64,000 nt of DNA from assembly GCA_963805975.1 (NCBI GenBank), contig CAWDVR010000002.1:736001-800000 (forward strand), read 5' to 3'. The notes beneath the pieces are model-generated. The model was given only the letters and a program-made list of their open reading frames with translations, did not search any database and was not told where the DNA came from. Source of the DNA: an uncultured Acidobacteriota bacterium (GTDB taxonomy: Bacteria > Acidobacteriota > Thermoanaerobaculia > Multivoradales > SZUA-115). A program made the position numbers and the translations under genes. Each line of letters starts with the position of its first letter. Position 1 is the first letter of the stretch. Of the stretch, positions 54,844 through 64,000 are shown piece after piece.

Positions 54844-55245
54844 CTAGATCAGGAAACTCGAGTGGAGGGTATAGAGGCCGTCGTCGGGCGGTGGAGCCGG
54901 ATCGCTGAGCAGATCCGCCTGGGGCAGCGGCCTCGAGGCCGGCAACGCCAGGCTCACGGCGCACGAAACCAGGGTTGGTAGCGGAAGCGGGGGCGCGAAG
55001 GCCGGCGTGGTCGCGACCGGCTCGGCCAGCGAGCCGCAGCAGCCGTCCACCGGGCCCGCCTGCGAGGTCGAGCCGCAGTCGTCCGCACTCGCTTCGCAGC
55101 AATCGTGCCCGCTGCAGCAATCCTCGGCCGGGGTAGGCATGCCGCAACTCACGCCGTGGCAGACGGGCGCCGCAGCCGACAGGACCCAGACCGCTGCGAG
55201 CAGCAGGAAAACCGAGGCGCGGACCCGGGGGCGAGAGGCCGTCAC
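54844..55245 (-). CDS. Cys-rich putative metal-binding protein heading the copper operon
   Basis: Signal-like N-terminus; CHGVSCGM, CC, CC, CC; Pro-rich tail ending PPPDDGLYTLHSSFLI; TATACT 7 nt before the GTG at 55245. Confidence 0.7.
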   Translation of the reverse strand: MTASRPRVRASVFLLLAAVWVLSAAAPVCHGVSCGMPTPAEDCCSGHDCCEASADDCGSTSQAGPVDGCCGSLAEPVATTPAFAPPLPLPTLVSCAVSLALPASRPLPQADLLSDPAPPPDDGLYTLHSSFLI

Positions 55246-55326
55246 GCAGGGCAGTATACGCCTAGTCGCCGAGATGCAGTCGGCCGCAGATCCGTTCAGA
55301 GTCCGGTTCAATCGGCCGAAACGGCC

Positions 55327-55356
55327 TTGACGACATAGTCACCTGGTGACTACTAT
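55327..55356 (+). promoter_or_regulatory. TA promoter with operator palindrome
   Basis: TTGACG-18-TACTAT, with TAGTCACC-T-GGTGACTA (55336-55352) in the spacer; ATG 6 nt downstream. Confidence 0.75.
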
Positions 55357-55362
55357 CTGGCC

Positions 55363-55629
55363 ATGAAAACCGTCGGGGTCGCAGCTTTAAAGGCCAGACT
55401 GAGCGAGCACCTGCGCGAGGTCCAGCAAGGGGAGATCGTGACCGTTGTAGACCGCAAGACGCCGGTGGCACGGCTGGTGCCGTACGAGCGAGAGCTGCCG
55501 ACAGGGCTCAAGGTACGGATGCCCCTGCCGGGCAGTTTGCGGCCGGGCCAAGTACCGCTGCCGGCGCCGGTCGACCTCCCCTTCGACGTGGTCGAGCTCC
55601 TGCTCGAGGACCGCCGGAACGGACGTTGA
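55363..55629 (+). CDS. Phd/YefM-family antitoxin
   Basis: MKTVGVAALKARLSEHLREV..GE.VTV.DR..PVARLVP. Confidence 0.9.
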   Translation: MKTVGVAALKARLSEHLREVQQGEIVTVVDRKTPVARLVPYERELPTGLKVRMPLPGSLRPGQVPLPAPVDLPFDVVELLLEDRRNGR

Positions 55630-56042
55630 TCGTCTACCTCGACTCTTCCGTGGTGCTGCGCCGGCTGCTGGGCCAGCCTGGAGCCCTAGACTCCTGGGAA
55701 GCCATCGAGCGAGGCGTGGGGAGCGAGCTGGTGGAAGTGGAGTGCCTTCGCACCCTGGATCGGTTGTGGCTCTCAGGCTCCCTGATCAAAGAGACTCTGG
55801 TTGAGCTCCGCGAGGCCGTCTTTCGACTGACTGCCACCCTAGAGGTGGTGTCAGTCTCGCGACCGATCCTCAGCCGCGCAGCGCAGCCGATGCCGACCGC
55901 GTTGGCTACCCTGGACGCGGTCCATCTCGCGACCGCTCTCGCCTGGCAGGAGAACCTCGAGACCCAGCTCCTGATGGCGACCCACGACCAGGCGCTCGCC
56001 GCTGCCAGTCGCGCTTTTGGCTTGCGCGTGATCGGAGCCTGA
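55626..56042 (+). CDS. vapC: VapC PIN-domain toxin
   Basis: YLDSS, VE..R, TLDAVHLATA, THD. Confidence 0.9.
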   Translation: MIVYLDSSVVLRRLLGQPGALDSWEAIERGVGSELVEVECLRTLDRLWLSGSLIKETLVELREAVFRLTATLEVVSVSRPILSRAAQPMPTALATLDAVHLATALAWQENLETQLLMATHDQALAAASRAFGLRVIGA

Positions 56043-56095
56043 CGCCGGCGAGCAGCCTCACGCCAGGGGGCCGGTGCGCAGCAGGCTCAGGGCTC

Positions 56096-57925
56096 TCACC
56101 AGCCGCACACCCGTCCTCTGTTCTGCTCGTCGAGCCAGGTCTTGAGCGGCGCGAAGTAATCGAGGATCGCCGTGGCGTCCATCTGCCGCTCGCCGGAGAG
56201 CGCTTCGAGGGCCTCCGGCCAGGGCCGCGAGCTGCCCATGGCGAGCATCTTCTCGAGCTTCTCGCCGGCCGCTTTGTTGCCGTAGATCGAGCCGCGATGG
56301 AGCGGCCCCTGGCAGCCGGCCGTCGCGCAGAGCGCGCGGTGGAACTGGAACTGGAGGATGTCGGCGAGGAAGTAGCGCGTGTACGGCACGTTGCCCGGCA
56401 CATGGAACTTGGAGCCGGGGTCGAAGTCCGCTTCGCTCCTCGCCACCGGCGGCTCGATGCCCTGGTACTTGCGCACCAGCTCCCACCACGAGCGGTTGTA
56501 GTCGGCGGGCTTGATCTCGCCCGAGAACACCTTCCAGCGCCACTGGTCGATGAGCAGCCCGAAGGGCAGGAAGGCCACCTTGTCGAGCGCGCGCTGCATC
56601 AGGAGGCCGAGGTCCTTCGACGGATCGGGCTCGTTCGGGATCAGGCCGATGTCCTTGAGGTACTTGGGGGTCACCGACAGCGCGACGGTGTCGCCCACGG
56701 CCTCGTGGAAGCCGTCGTTGGCGCTGTCGCGATAGAGGTGCGGCTGGTGCTTGTAGGCGCGCTGGTAGAAGTTGTGCCCCAGCTCGTGATGGATGGTCGA
56801 GAAGTCCTCCTCGTCGATGCCGATGCACATCTTGATGCGCAGGTCGTCCTCGGCGTCGATGTCCCAGGCGCTCGCGTGGCAGATCACCTCGCGATCCGGC
56901 GGGCGCACGAACATCGAGCGTTCCCAGAAGGTCTGCGGCAGGGGATCGAAGCCCAGCGAGGTGAAGAAGCGCTCGCCGGAGCGCACCATCTCCTTCTCGT
57001 CGTACTTGGCGGCCCTGAGCGCCGCCGTCAGGTCGAAGCCGGGGTCGGCGTCGGCGGGCCCCACCAGCGAGTAGATGCCCTGCCAGTCCTGGGCCCACAT
57101 GTTGCCCAGGAGGTGGGCGGGGATCGGCCGGTCTGGCGGCACCAGCTTGGTGCCGTAGTGCTCGCCGAGCTTGGCCCGCACGTGGCAATGGAGAGCGTCG
57201 TAGAGCGGCTTGACCTGGCCCCACAGCCGGTCGAGCTCCGCCCCGAAGTCGTCCGGCGGCATGTCGTAGGCCGAGCGCCACAGGGCGCCGACGTCCGGGT
57301 AGCCCAGCTCGCGGGCGCCTTGGTTGGAGATCTGGACCAGGCGTTCGAACTCGGGCCGCATGGGCGGCGACACCGTGCGCCAGCCCACCCAGATGTCCTG
57401 GAGCTCGGCAGGGTCGCGGCCCTCCCACATCATGCGCTCCATGACGTCGAGCGTCAGGCACTCGCCGTTCGGCTTGCAGTACTTGCCACTCCCGAAGCGC
57501 GAGTTGAGGGAGGCGGCGAGACGCGCCAGCTCGGAGCCCAGGGCCGGGTCGGAAGGCGCCGGCAGGACGAGCCCGCGCTTCAGGATCTCGAGCTTGCGCC
57601 GCACGTCGTAGGGCAGCTCGAGCCCGTTGAAGCGCGCCGCCTGCTTGGCGATCTCGACGCCCGCCGCGGTCACGCGCTCGCTGGCGAGGGCGCCCAGGAT
57701 CTCGGTGTCGTGGGTGATGTGCGTCTCCTGCACCCAGGCGGCGCGCTGCGCCTCCTCCGCGAGGCCGGCCAGCCGCTTCTCCGCCGCCTCGGCGAAGGCC
57801 TGGGCCTCCTGGGCGGTGGGCGCCGGGGCGGCGCCCGCCTTCACCTTGTCTGCACCGAGAGCGGCCAACGCCGGCACCAGCGTCAGGCAGGCCGAGAGCA
57901 CCAAGAGAATCTGGAATCGGGTCAT
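56096..57925 (-). CDS. M2-family peptidyl-dipeptidase A (ACE-like)
   Basis: Signal peptide; PAHLLGNMWAQ, CHASAWD, HHELGH, FHEAVGD, YTRYF. Confidence 0.93.
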   Translation of the reverse strand: MTRFQILLVLSACLTLVPALAALGADKVKAGAAPAPTAQEAQAFAEAAEKRLAGLAEEAQRAAWVQETHITHDTEILGALASERVTAAGVEIAKQAARFNGLELPYDVRRKLEILKRGLVLPAPSDPALGSELARLAASLNSRFGSGKYCKPNGECLTLDVMERMMWEGRDPAELQDIWVGWRTVSPPMRPEFERLVQISNQGARELGYPDVGALWRSAYDMPPDDFGAELDRLWGQVKPLYDALHCHVRAKLGEHYGTKLVPPDRPIPAHLLGNMWAQDWQGIYSLVGPADADPGFDLTAALRAAKYDEKEMVRSGERFFTSLGFDPLPQTFWERSMFVRPPDREVICHASAWDIDAEDDLRIKMCIGIDEEDFSTIHHELGHNFYQRAYKHQPHLYRDSANDGFHEAVGDTVALSVTPKYLKDIGLIPNEPDPSKDLGLLMQRALDKVAFLPFGLLIDQWRWKVFSGEIKPADYNRSWWELVRKYQGIEPPVARSEADFDPGSKFHVPGNVPYTRYFLADILQFQFHRALCATAGCQGPLHRGSIYGNKAAGEKLEKMLAMGSSRPWPEALEALSGERQMDATAILDYFAPLKTWLDEQNRGRVCGW

Positions 57926-57926
57926 T

Positions 57927-59102
57927 TCATGCTCCTGACGCGAGCGCGTTCGCGATGCGGGAAAGGGCCGTCTCGAGGGTCTGCCGCGAGCAGGCGAAGG
58001 AGATGCGTACGTGGTCGTCGTCCCCGAAGGCGATGCCCGGCACTACCGCCACCCCGGCCTGGTGCAGCAGGAACTCCGAGAGCTCCACCGAGCCCTGGCG
58101 GCCCGGCCGGTAGCAGCCGGCGACGTTGGGGAAGGCGTAGAAGGTACCGCGCGGCGGCGCGCAGCGGAACCCGGGGATCCGCGCCAGGCCCGCGGTGACG
58201 AGATCGCGGCGCGCCAGGTACTCGGCGATCATCGCCTCGACCTCCGGCTCGGCCGCGGCCAGCGCCCCGAGCGCTCCCTTCATGGCAAACGAGGTGGGGT
58301 TCGAGGTGCTGTGGCTCTGGAGCGTCGCCATCGCCTTGACGAGGCCGGGCGGGCCGAACACGTAGCCCAGCCGCCAGCCGGTCATGGCGTAGGTCTTGGA
58401 GAAAGAACCGACCAGCACCACGGTCTCCGGGAACTCCGCCGCCAGGCTCGCCGAGCTCGCGAAGCCGTCGCCGTAGACGAAGCGGTCGTAGGTTTCGTCG
58501 GCGATGAACGGGATGCCGCGCGCCGCGCAGGCTTCGACCACGCGCCGCAGATCCTCGGCCGCCATGATGCCGCCGGTCGGGTTGGATGGTGAGTTGACGA
58601 GCACGGCGCGGGTGCGCTCGGAGAGCGCCCTGAGGATGGGCTCGGCGTGGATCGTGAACCCGTCCTCGCCGGCCGTCGGCACCAGCACCGGGGTCGCGCC
58701 GGTCAAGCGGATCTGCTCGGGAAAGCTCACCCAGCAGGGGCTCGGCAGCACCACCTCGTCGCCCTGATCGAAGAGGGCGAGCGCCAGGTGGTAGAGGGCC
58801 ATCTTCGCGCCCACCGTGATCAGGCCGTCCCCGGCGCTCCAGGGAGCTCCATAGCGGCGGGCGAGCACCGCGGCCACGGCCTGCCGCAGCTCCTTGAGAC
58901 CATTGCCGTCCGTGTACTTGGTAAAGCCCTGGGTGAGGGCCTCGCGCGCGGCGTCGACCGCCACCCTGGGCGAGCCGAAGTCGGGCTCGCCGACGCCCAG
59001 GTCCAGCACGTCTTTCCCCTGGGCGCGCAGCTCGGCCGCCAGCCGTCCCACCTTGAGCGTGGTCGACTCGCCGACTCGCGCCATGCGGGCCGCGAGCTTC
59101 AT
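57927..59102 (-). CDS. Class I/II PLP-dependent aminotransferase (aspartate aminotransferase-like)
   Basis: GEPDF, NSPSNPTG, DETY, SFSKTYAMTGWRLGY, VRISFA. Confidence 0.92.
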   Translation of the reverse strand: MKLAARMARVGESTTLKVGRLAAELRAQGKDVLDLGVGEPDFGSPRVAVDAAREALTQGFTKYTDGNGLKELRQAVAAVLARRYGAPWSAGDGLITVGAKMALYHLALALFDQGDEVVLPSPCWVSFPEQIRLTGATPVLVPTAGEDGFTIHAEPILRALSERTRAVLVNSPSNPTGGIMAAEDLRRVVEACAARGIPFIADETYDRFVYGDGFASSASLAAEFPETVVLVGSFSKTYAMTGWRLGYVFGPPGLVKAMATLQSHSTSNPTSFAMKGALGALAAAEPEVEAMIAEYLARRDLVTAGLARIPGFRCAPPRGTFYAFPNVAGCYRPGRQGSVELSEFLLHQAGVAVVPGIAFGDDDHVRISFACSRQTLETALSRIANALASGA

Positions 59103-59178
59103 GGGAGGCCTGAATCCACGGCGCGGATGGTATCACCGGGCGGCGGCCCGAACGGTGGCCATGCTATTCTCGAAGCGT

Positions 59179-60057
59179 ATGCGGAAACGGCTGCCCGCCC
59201 TGGCGCTCGCCGCTCTCTGGACCGCTTCGACGTGGGCGGTGCCCTCTGCCCATGCGAGCGCTGCGGGCGCCGGCTGGCTGACGAGCCTCGGCGAGGCGAA
59301 GAAGGCGGCCGAGGCGAGCGGGCGGCTCCTGGTGGTGGACCTCTACGCCGACTGGTGTGGGTGGTGCAAGGTGCTCGAGCGCGAGGTGTTCTCCTCGCCC
59401 CAGTTCAAGCAGTACGCGAGCAAGTTCGTCCTCCTGCGGGTGGACGTCGAGGACGGCGGCGAGGGCTCCATGCTGCAGAGCCGCTTCGAGGCCTACTCGT
59501 TGCCCACCACCCTGGTGCTCGATCCCGATCTCGTGCTGGTCGGCCGGGTCGAAGGCTATGCGCCGGTGGACGGCTTCCTGAAGAGCCTGGAGGGCGAGAT
59601 CGCCACCTACGGCAAGCTCGCCGCCCGCTTCGACAAAGAGAAGGGAAGCTCCAACCTGCGGGTGCTCGAGGGGCTCGCCGGCGAGCTCTTCGCCCGCACG
59701 GACGGCCGCCGGGCCGCCGCTCTCTACCAGCGGATGATCGACGCCGGCAAGCCGTCGCCGGCGATAGTGCCGCGCATCGAGTACCAGCTCGCCGAGTCCT
59801 GGCGCCTCGCCGGCGACTACGGCAAGGCCCGCACCGCTCTCGAGGCCGCGCGGCGCGACGCCACGGCGCGCAAGGACTCGGCGGTGGTCGAGGCCTGCGA
59901 TCTCCTGGCGGCGCGCATCGCCCAGGCGAGCGGTGACTGCCGGCAGGCCATCACCGCCCTCGAGGCGTTCCTCAAGCAGTATCCGCAGAGCGGCTTCCAA
60001 GAGTTCGCCCGTCACAACCTGCGCTCTCTCAAGCAGCAGGGCCCGTCCTGCTCGTAG
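59179..60057 (+). CDS. Exported thioredoxin-fold protein with TPR-like C-terminus
   Basis: Signal peptide; ADWCGWCK; LPT; helical repeats. Confidence 0.85.
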   Translation: MRKRLPALALAALWTASTWAVPSAHASAAGAGWLTSLGEAKKAAEASGRLLVVDLYADWCGWCKVLEREVFSSPQFKQYASKFVLLRVDVEDGGEGSMLQSRFEAYSLPTTLVLDPDLVLVGRVEGYAPVDGFLKSLEGEIATYGKLAARFDKEKGSSNLRVLEGLAGELFARTDGRRAAALYQRMIDAGKPSPAIVPRIEYQLAESWRLAGDYGKARTALEAARRDATARKDSAVVEACDLLAARIAQASGDCRQAITALEAFLKQYPQSGFQEFARHNLRSLKQQGPSCS

Positions 60058-60062
60058 CTCGG

Positions 60063-60135
60063 ACGGCCGGCACAGGTCCGGCCGCTACGTTCAGAACGTG
60101 CTTCCGGACGTAGCGGCCGGGCTCGTACCGGCCGT
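60063..60135. repeat. GTAG-type REP inverted doublet (REPIN-like)
   Basis: ACGTAGCGGCCGGGCTCGTACCGGCCGT at 60108-60135 and a related inverted copy at 60063-60090; each has a GTAG foot and a CGGCCGG stem. Confidence 0.75.
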
Positions 60136-60204
60136 GCGACCTCAGGCATGAAAGGTCCCGGGCGGCGGGGCATAGGCGAGTGCGCTCGTCCTGTTAGAGA
60201 ATCC

Positions 60205-62055
60205 ATGTCGATGACGACCTGCCTCCGCGGCACCGCGCTCGCCTGTCTCGCTTTCTCCCTGGCCCTCCCCGCCGCCGCCGTTCGGCCCCAGGTCGAGAAG
60301 GCCAAGGTGAGCTTCGCGCTCGATCGCACCGCCTACGAGCCCGGCACCACGGCTCGCCTCGCCGCGGTGCTGGACATCGAAGACGGCTGGCACGTCAACG
60401 CCAACCCGGCGAGCTTCGACTACCTGATCCCGACCGCGCTCGAGCTCGAGGCGCCGGCCGGCTGGCCGCAGGCCGCGGTGACCTATCCGCAGGGCAAGAG
60501 GCTCCCCTTCGCGTTCGCCGAGGAACCGCTCTCGGTCTACGACGGACGGGTGGCCCTGGTGGCCCGGATGGCGGTGCCGTCCGAGGCCGGCGCGGGGGCG
60601 GTGAAAGTCCGCGCCACCGTCACCTACCAGGCTTGCGACGACAGCTCCTGCCTGCCGCCGGTGACCAAGGAGGAGGAGGTCGAGATCAGGGTTGGCGCCG
60701 GCGGCGAACCGGCGAACGATGGGGTGTTCACGGCGGCGAGCAGTGCCCCCCCGCCCTCGGGCGGCGCGCCCCGGCGCGGCCTCCTCGGCATCCTGCTGCT
60801 CGCGCTGCTGGGCGGGTTGATCCTGAACGCCATGCCCTGCGTGCTGCCGGTGCTCTCGCTCAAGGTCTTCGGCCTGGTCAAGAGCGCCGGCGGGGGGGGC
60901 CGCGCGGTGTCGGCCGGCGCCCTCGCCACCGCGGCCGGCATCCTGATCTCGTTCTGGGCCCTGGCCGCCGCCGCCGTCGCCGCCAAGTCGGCCGGCTCGG
61001 CCGTGGGCTGGGGCATCCAGTTCCAGAACCCCGCCTTCGTCACCTTCCTGACGGTGGTGGTGCTGCTCTTCTGCCTCAACCTCTGGGGCCTGTTCGAGAT
61101 CACGCTGCCGGCGCGGCTCGGCCGCCTGGAGGGCCAGGGCAGGCGCGAGGGCGCCGCCGGCCACTTCGCCTCCGGGCTCTTCGCCACGCTGATGGCGACG
61201 CCCTGCTCGGCTCCCTTCCTCGGCACCGCGCTCGGCTTCGCCCTGGGCCAGACGGCGGCCGTGATCCTCGCCGTCTTCACCGCCGTGGGGATAGGGATGG
61301 CGCTCCCCTACCTGGTGCTCGCGGTGGCGCCCGGTGCGGCCCGGCTGCTGCCGCGGCCCGGTGCCTGGATGGACACGGTGCGGGGCCTGATGGGCTTCCT
61401 GCTGGCCGGCGCCGCGGTGTGGCTGCTCTACGTGCTCTCCGCCCAGGTCTCCCCGGTGCGGCTGGCGGTGATCGAGGTCTGCCTGGTGGTGATCGCGCTC
61501 TTCGTCTGGCTGCGCCACCGCGCCGCGACGGGGCCGCGGCCGGCCGCTCGGCTGCTGGTCACCGGCGGGCTCCTGGCGGCGCTCGTCGCCACCCTGGCCC
61601 TGGCCTGGAAGGTGGAGGCGCCTGCCTCGAGCCGGGCGGCCGCCGAGACGCCGGGGCTGATCTCCTGGGCGCCCTTCGACCGCGCCGAGGCCGAGGCGCT
61701 CGCCGCCGAAGGACGGCTGGTGTTCGTCGACGTGACCGCGGACTGGTGCTTCACCTGCAAGTTCAACGAGAAGCTGGTGCTCGACACGGCCGAGGTGGCG
61801 GGTGCCTTCGCGCGCCAGGACGTGCTGGCGATGAAGGCGGACTGGACCAATCGCAACGACGAGATCGGCGACTACCTGGCGAGCTTCGACCGCTACGGCA
61901 TCCCGTTCTACGTCCTCTACCGCCCCGGCGCTCCGCCCAAGGTGTTCAGCGAGCTGCTGAGCAAGGAGGCGGTGCTGGCGGCCGTGGAGGAGGCGGCGAG
62001 CCTCAGGACTGCCGCTCGCCTTCCTCTGCCTGCCTCTCCTTCGCCTTCTCCCTGA
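60205..62055 (+). CDS. dsbD: DsbD-family protein-disulfide reductase (N-domain + TM domain + thioredoxin)
   Basis: GWHVN, YQAC...CLPP, LN.MPCVLPVL.LK, ATPCSAPF, TADWCFTCK, GIPFY. Confidence 0.9.
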   Translation: MSMTTCLRGTALACLAFSLALPAAAVRPQVEKAKVSFALDRTAYEPGTTARLAAVLDIEDGWHVNANPASFDYLIPTALELEAPAGWPQAAVTYPQGKRLPFAFAEEPLSVYDGRVALVARMAVPSEAGAGAVKVRATVTYQACDDSSCLPPVTKEEEVEIRVGAGGEPANDGVFTAASSAPPPSGGAPRRGLLGILLLALLGGLILNAMPCVLPVLSLKVFGLVKSAGGGGRAVSAGALATAAGILISFWALAAAAVAAKSAGSAVGWGIQFQNPAFVTFLTVVVLLFCLNLWGLFEITLPARLGRLEGQGRREGAAGHFASGLFATLMATPCSAPFLGTALGFALGQTAAVILAVFTAVGIGMALPYLVLAVAPGAARLLPRPGAWMDTVRGLMGFLLAGAAVWLLYVLSAQVSPVRLAVIEVCLVVIALFVWLRHRAATGPRPAARLLVTGGLLAALVATLALAWKVEAPASSRAAAETPGLISWAPFDRAEAEALAAEGRLVFVDVTADWCFTCKFNEKLVLDTAEVAGAFARQDVLAMKADWTNRNDEIGDYLASFDRYGIPFYVLYRPGAPPKVFSELLSKEAVLAAVEEAASLRTAARLPLPASPSPSP

Positions 62056-63382
62056 GCGCCCGGAACCTCGCGAGCCGCGCTCCCAGCTCCGCCTCGAAGC
62101 CCTCTCCCCCGGGCTCGTAGAACCGGGTGCCGAGGAGAGTCTCGGGCAGGCAGTCGAGGCCGCCCACTCCTTCCTCCGTGTCCGGCGCGTAGACGTAGCC
62201 CTTGCCGTAGCCCAGGCCCGACATCAGCTTCGTGGGGGCGTTGCGGATGACCAGCGGCACCGGGTCCGCCGGCCGTTCCTCGACCGTCCGGCGCGCCTCG
62301 CCGTAGGCCACGTAGGCGCGGTTGCTCTTGGGGGCCAGCGCGAGGTACACGGCGAGCTCCGCCAGCGCCAGCTCCCCCTCGGGCGAGCCCAGGCGGCGGA
62401 AGGCGTCCCAGGCCGCGAGCGAAAGCGGCAGCGCCTGGGGATCGGCGAGGCCGATGTCCTCGCTCGCCATGCGGGTCATGCGGCGGGCGAGATAGAGCGG
62501 GTCCTCGCCGGAGGCGAGCATGCGGGCGAGCCAGTAGAGGGCGGCGTCCGGGTCGCTCTCGCGCACCGACTTGTGGAGCGCCGAGATCAGGTTGTAGTGC
62601 TCCTCGCCGGACTTGTCGTAGAGCAGCACCTTGCGCTGCGACACGCGCCGCACGTCCTCCGCCTGGATGGCGCCGCCTTGCCCGGCGTCCGCCGCCGCCA
62701 GCTCCAGGAGGTTCAGGAGCCGGCGCGCATCCCCCGAGGCGAGCTGCGCCAGCTCGGCCAGGGCTGCATCATCGGCCGAGACCTCGAGCGCCCCCAGGCC
62801 CCGCTCGGCGTCGGCCAGCGCACGCCGCGCCAGGGCCTCGAGATCCTGTGTCGACAGCGGTTGCAGCACGACCACCCGGCAGCGCGACAAGAGCGCCGCG
62901 TTGAGCTCGAAGGAAGGGTTCTCGGTGGTGGCCCCGACCAGCACAATGTCGCCGCTCTCGACGTAGGGCAGGAAGGCGTCCTGCTGGGCGCGGTTGAAGC
63001 GGTGGATCTCGTCGACGAAGAGCAGGGTCCGGCGGCCGGTGGCACGGCGCAGGCGCATGGCGTCGGCCATCACCTCCTTGACCTCCTTGATACCGGCGGT
63101 CACGGCCGAGAACGGCACGAAGCTCCAGGTGGTCTCGATGGCGATGATGCGGGCGAGCGTCGTCTTGCCGCTGCCGGGCGGCCCCCAGAAGATGAGCGAC
63201 GGCACGCGGTGGTCGGAGATGGCTCGCGCCAGGAAGCCGCCCTTGCCCACCATCTCCTGCTGCCCCACCACCTCCTCGAGGCTCCGCGGGCGCAGCCGCT
63301 CGGCGAGCGGCGTGCCGGCAACGCTCGCCGGCGCCTCCGCCCGCGCGCCGGCTTCCTGGTCGTCGAAGAGGGAGGGGGCCAC
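62003..63382 (-). CDS. rarA: Replication-associated recombination protein A (RarA/MgsA)
   Basis: PLAERLRP, WGPPGSGKTT, DEIHRFN, GATTENPSF, ISALHKS, ASEDIGLADP, APKSN. Confidence 0.95.
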   Translation of the reverse strand: MAPSLFDDQEAGARAEAPASVAGTPLAERLRPRSLEEVVGQQEMVGKGGFLARAISDHRVPSLIFWGPPGSGKTTLARIIAIETTWSFVPFSAVTAGIKEVKEVMADAMRLRRATGRRTLLFVDEIHRFNRAQQDAFLPYVESGDIVLVGATTENPSFELNAALLSRCRVVVLQPLSTQDLEALARRALADAERGLGALEVSADDAALAELAQLASGDARRLLNLLELAAADAGQGGAIQAEDVRRVSQRKVLLYDKSGEEHYNLISALHKSVRESDPDAALYWLARMLASGEDPLYLARRMTRMASEDIGLADPQALPLSLAAWDAFRRLGSPEGELALAELAVYLALAPKSNRAYVAYGEARRTVEERPADPVPLVIRNAPTKLMSGLGYGKGYVYAPDTEEGVGGLDCLPETLLGTRFYEPGGEGFEAELGARLARFRALREKAKERQAEEGERQS

Positions 63383-63683
63383 AGGGTGATTCTATGGCCG
63401 GGAGGCGAGCCGCCGGCTCAACCGGTGCGCTGCGCGGGCCTGGGGCGAGGCAGGAAATAGACGTTCGACCAGGGCCGCAGAAGCGCCCGGCACTCGCGCT
63501 GCGACAGAGCTCGGGAGGCGACGGCCCTGGGCGCACGAGGGCGCCGGGAAGCGAGGATCGGATCGACGCCGCGTTCGAGCACCGCAGCGAGCAGCCACTG
63601 GCAGAGCGTGCGGCGCGCGGCTGAGCCGCGAAAGGTCGTCACCCGAGCATCTTAGCCGCGATGGAACCACGTGTACCTTGCCC

Positions 63684-63726
63684 ATCGTCCATCACGTGGA
63701 CGATAATCGTCCACGTGATGGACGAT
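63684..63726. repeat. Perfect palindrome with 21-bp arms over a promoter and start codon
   Basis: ATCGTCCATCACGTGGACGAT-A-ATCGTCCACGTGATGGACGAT. Confidence 0.85.
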
Positions 63727-64000
63727 TATCAGATCCTCCCTCGCCTGGCTTCCGGCCTGCTCCAACGTGTCATGGAGGTTTCGCCAGTGGTCGTGGTGAT
63801 GGGTGCTCGCCAGACCGGAAAGAGCACTCTCGTCCAATCCGAACCCTCGCTCGCAGATGCGCTCTACCTGACCCTCGACGATCTCGCCGCACGCGAGCGG
63901 GCGATAACCGCCCCGGACGACTTCGTACACAGCGCGCCCCGCCTGATCCTCGACGAGGTCCAACGCCAGCCGGAGCTGGTCCTCGCCATCAAGCGGGCCG
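63718..64000 (+). CDS. AAA_14/DUF4143-type ATPase, 5' part (runs off the window)
   Basis: Hand translation: MDDYQILPR...VVVVMGARQTGKSTL...YLTLDD...LILDEVQRQPEL..AIK. Confidence 0.85.
   Translation, partial: MDDYQILPRLASGLLQRVMEVSPVVVVMGARQTGKSTLVQSEPSLADALYLTLDDLAARERAITAPDDFVHSAPRLILDEVQRQPELVLAIKRA

Noticed and set aside
62003-62055. 53-bp convergent overlap of dsbD and rarA
   Set aside because: It involves low-complexity C-terminal tails, which is common in GC-rich genomes.
63400-63665. GC-rich intergenic stretch as a possible ncRNA or MITE
   Set aside because: I could not identify convincing terminal repeats or any known RNA motif by eye.

Overview
High-GC (roughly 70% by eye) bacterial chromosomal DNA, most consistent with an Acidobacteriota genome. 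This is inferred from the Oar-like TonB receptor, the permease-less HlyD/ABC/sigma-54 cluster and the Sdh1-type operon. I found no rRNA, tRNA, CRISPR array, transposase or phage genes. In order, the window holds: an orphan B12-binding radical SAM enzyme; an Sdh1-type succinate dehydrogenase operon; a MacAB-like exporter with a two-component system; a subtilase/gluzincin double-protease gene coupled to a ComEC-like metallo-beta-lactamase-fold gene; a secreted PKD protein; an 8-gene uncharacterised membrane cluster (MsrQ-Rieske fusion, OlsB-like GNAT, DinB, NRDE, and a hydrolase-DedA-ATP-grasp triple fusion); an ECF sigma/Ser-Thr kinase pair; typA; a TonB receptor; a sigma-54 ABC cluster; a copper cluster; an ACE-like M2 peptidase, aminotransferase, thioredoxin/DsbD and rarA; and the start of an AAA_14-type ATPase. 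Four type II toxin-antitoxin (TA) modules and three different REP-like hairpins are scattered between these. Four genes carry frameshifts that look like long-read insertion errors. The two best candidates for undescribed systems are the S8-gluzincin + MBL pair (15.6-20.9 kb) and the 22.9-29.9 kb membrane cluster. All family calls come from motifs recognised by eye, not database searches.
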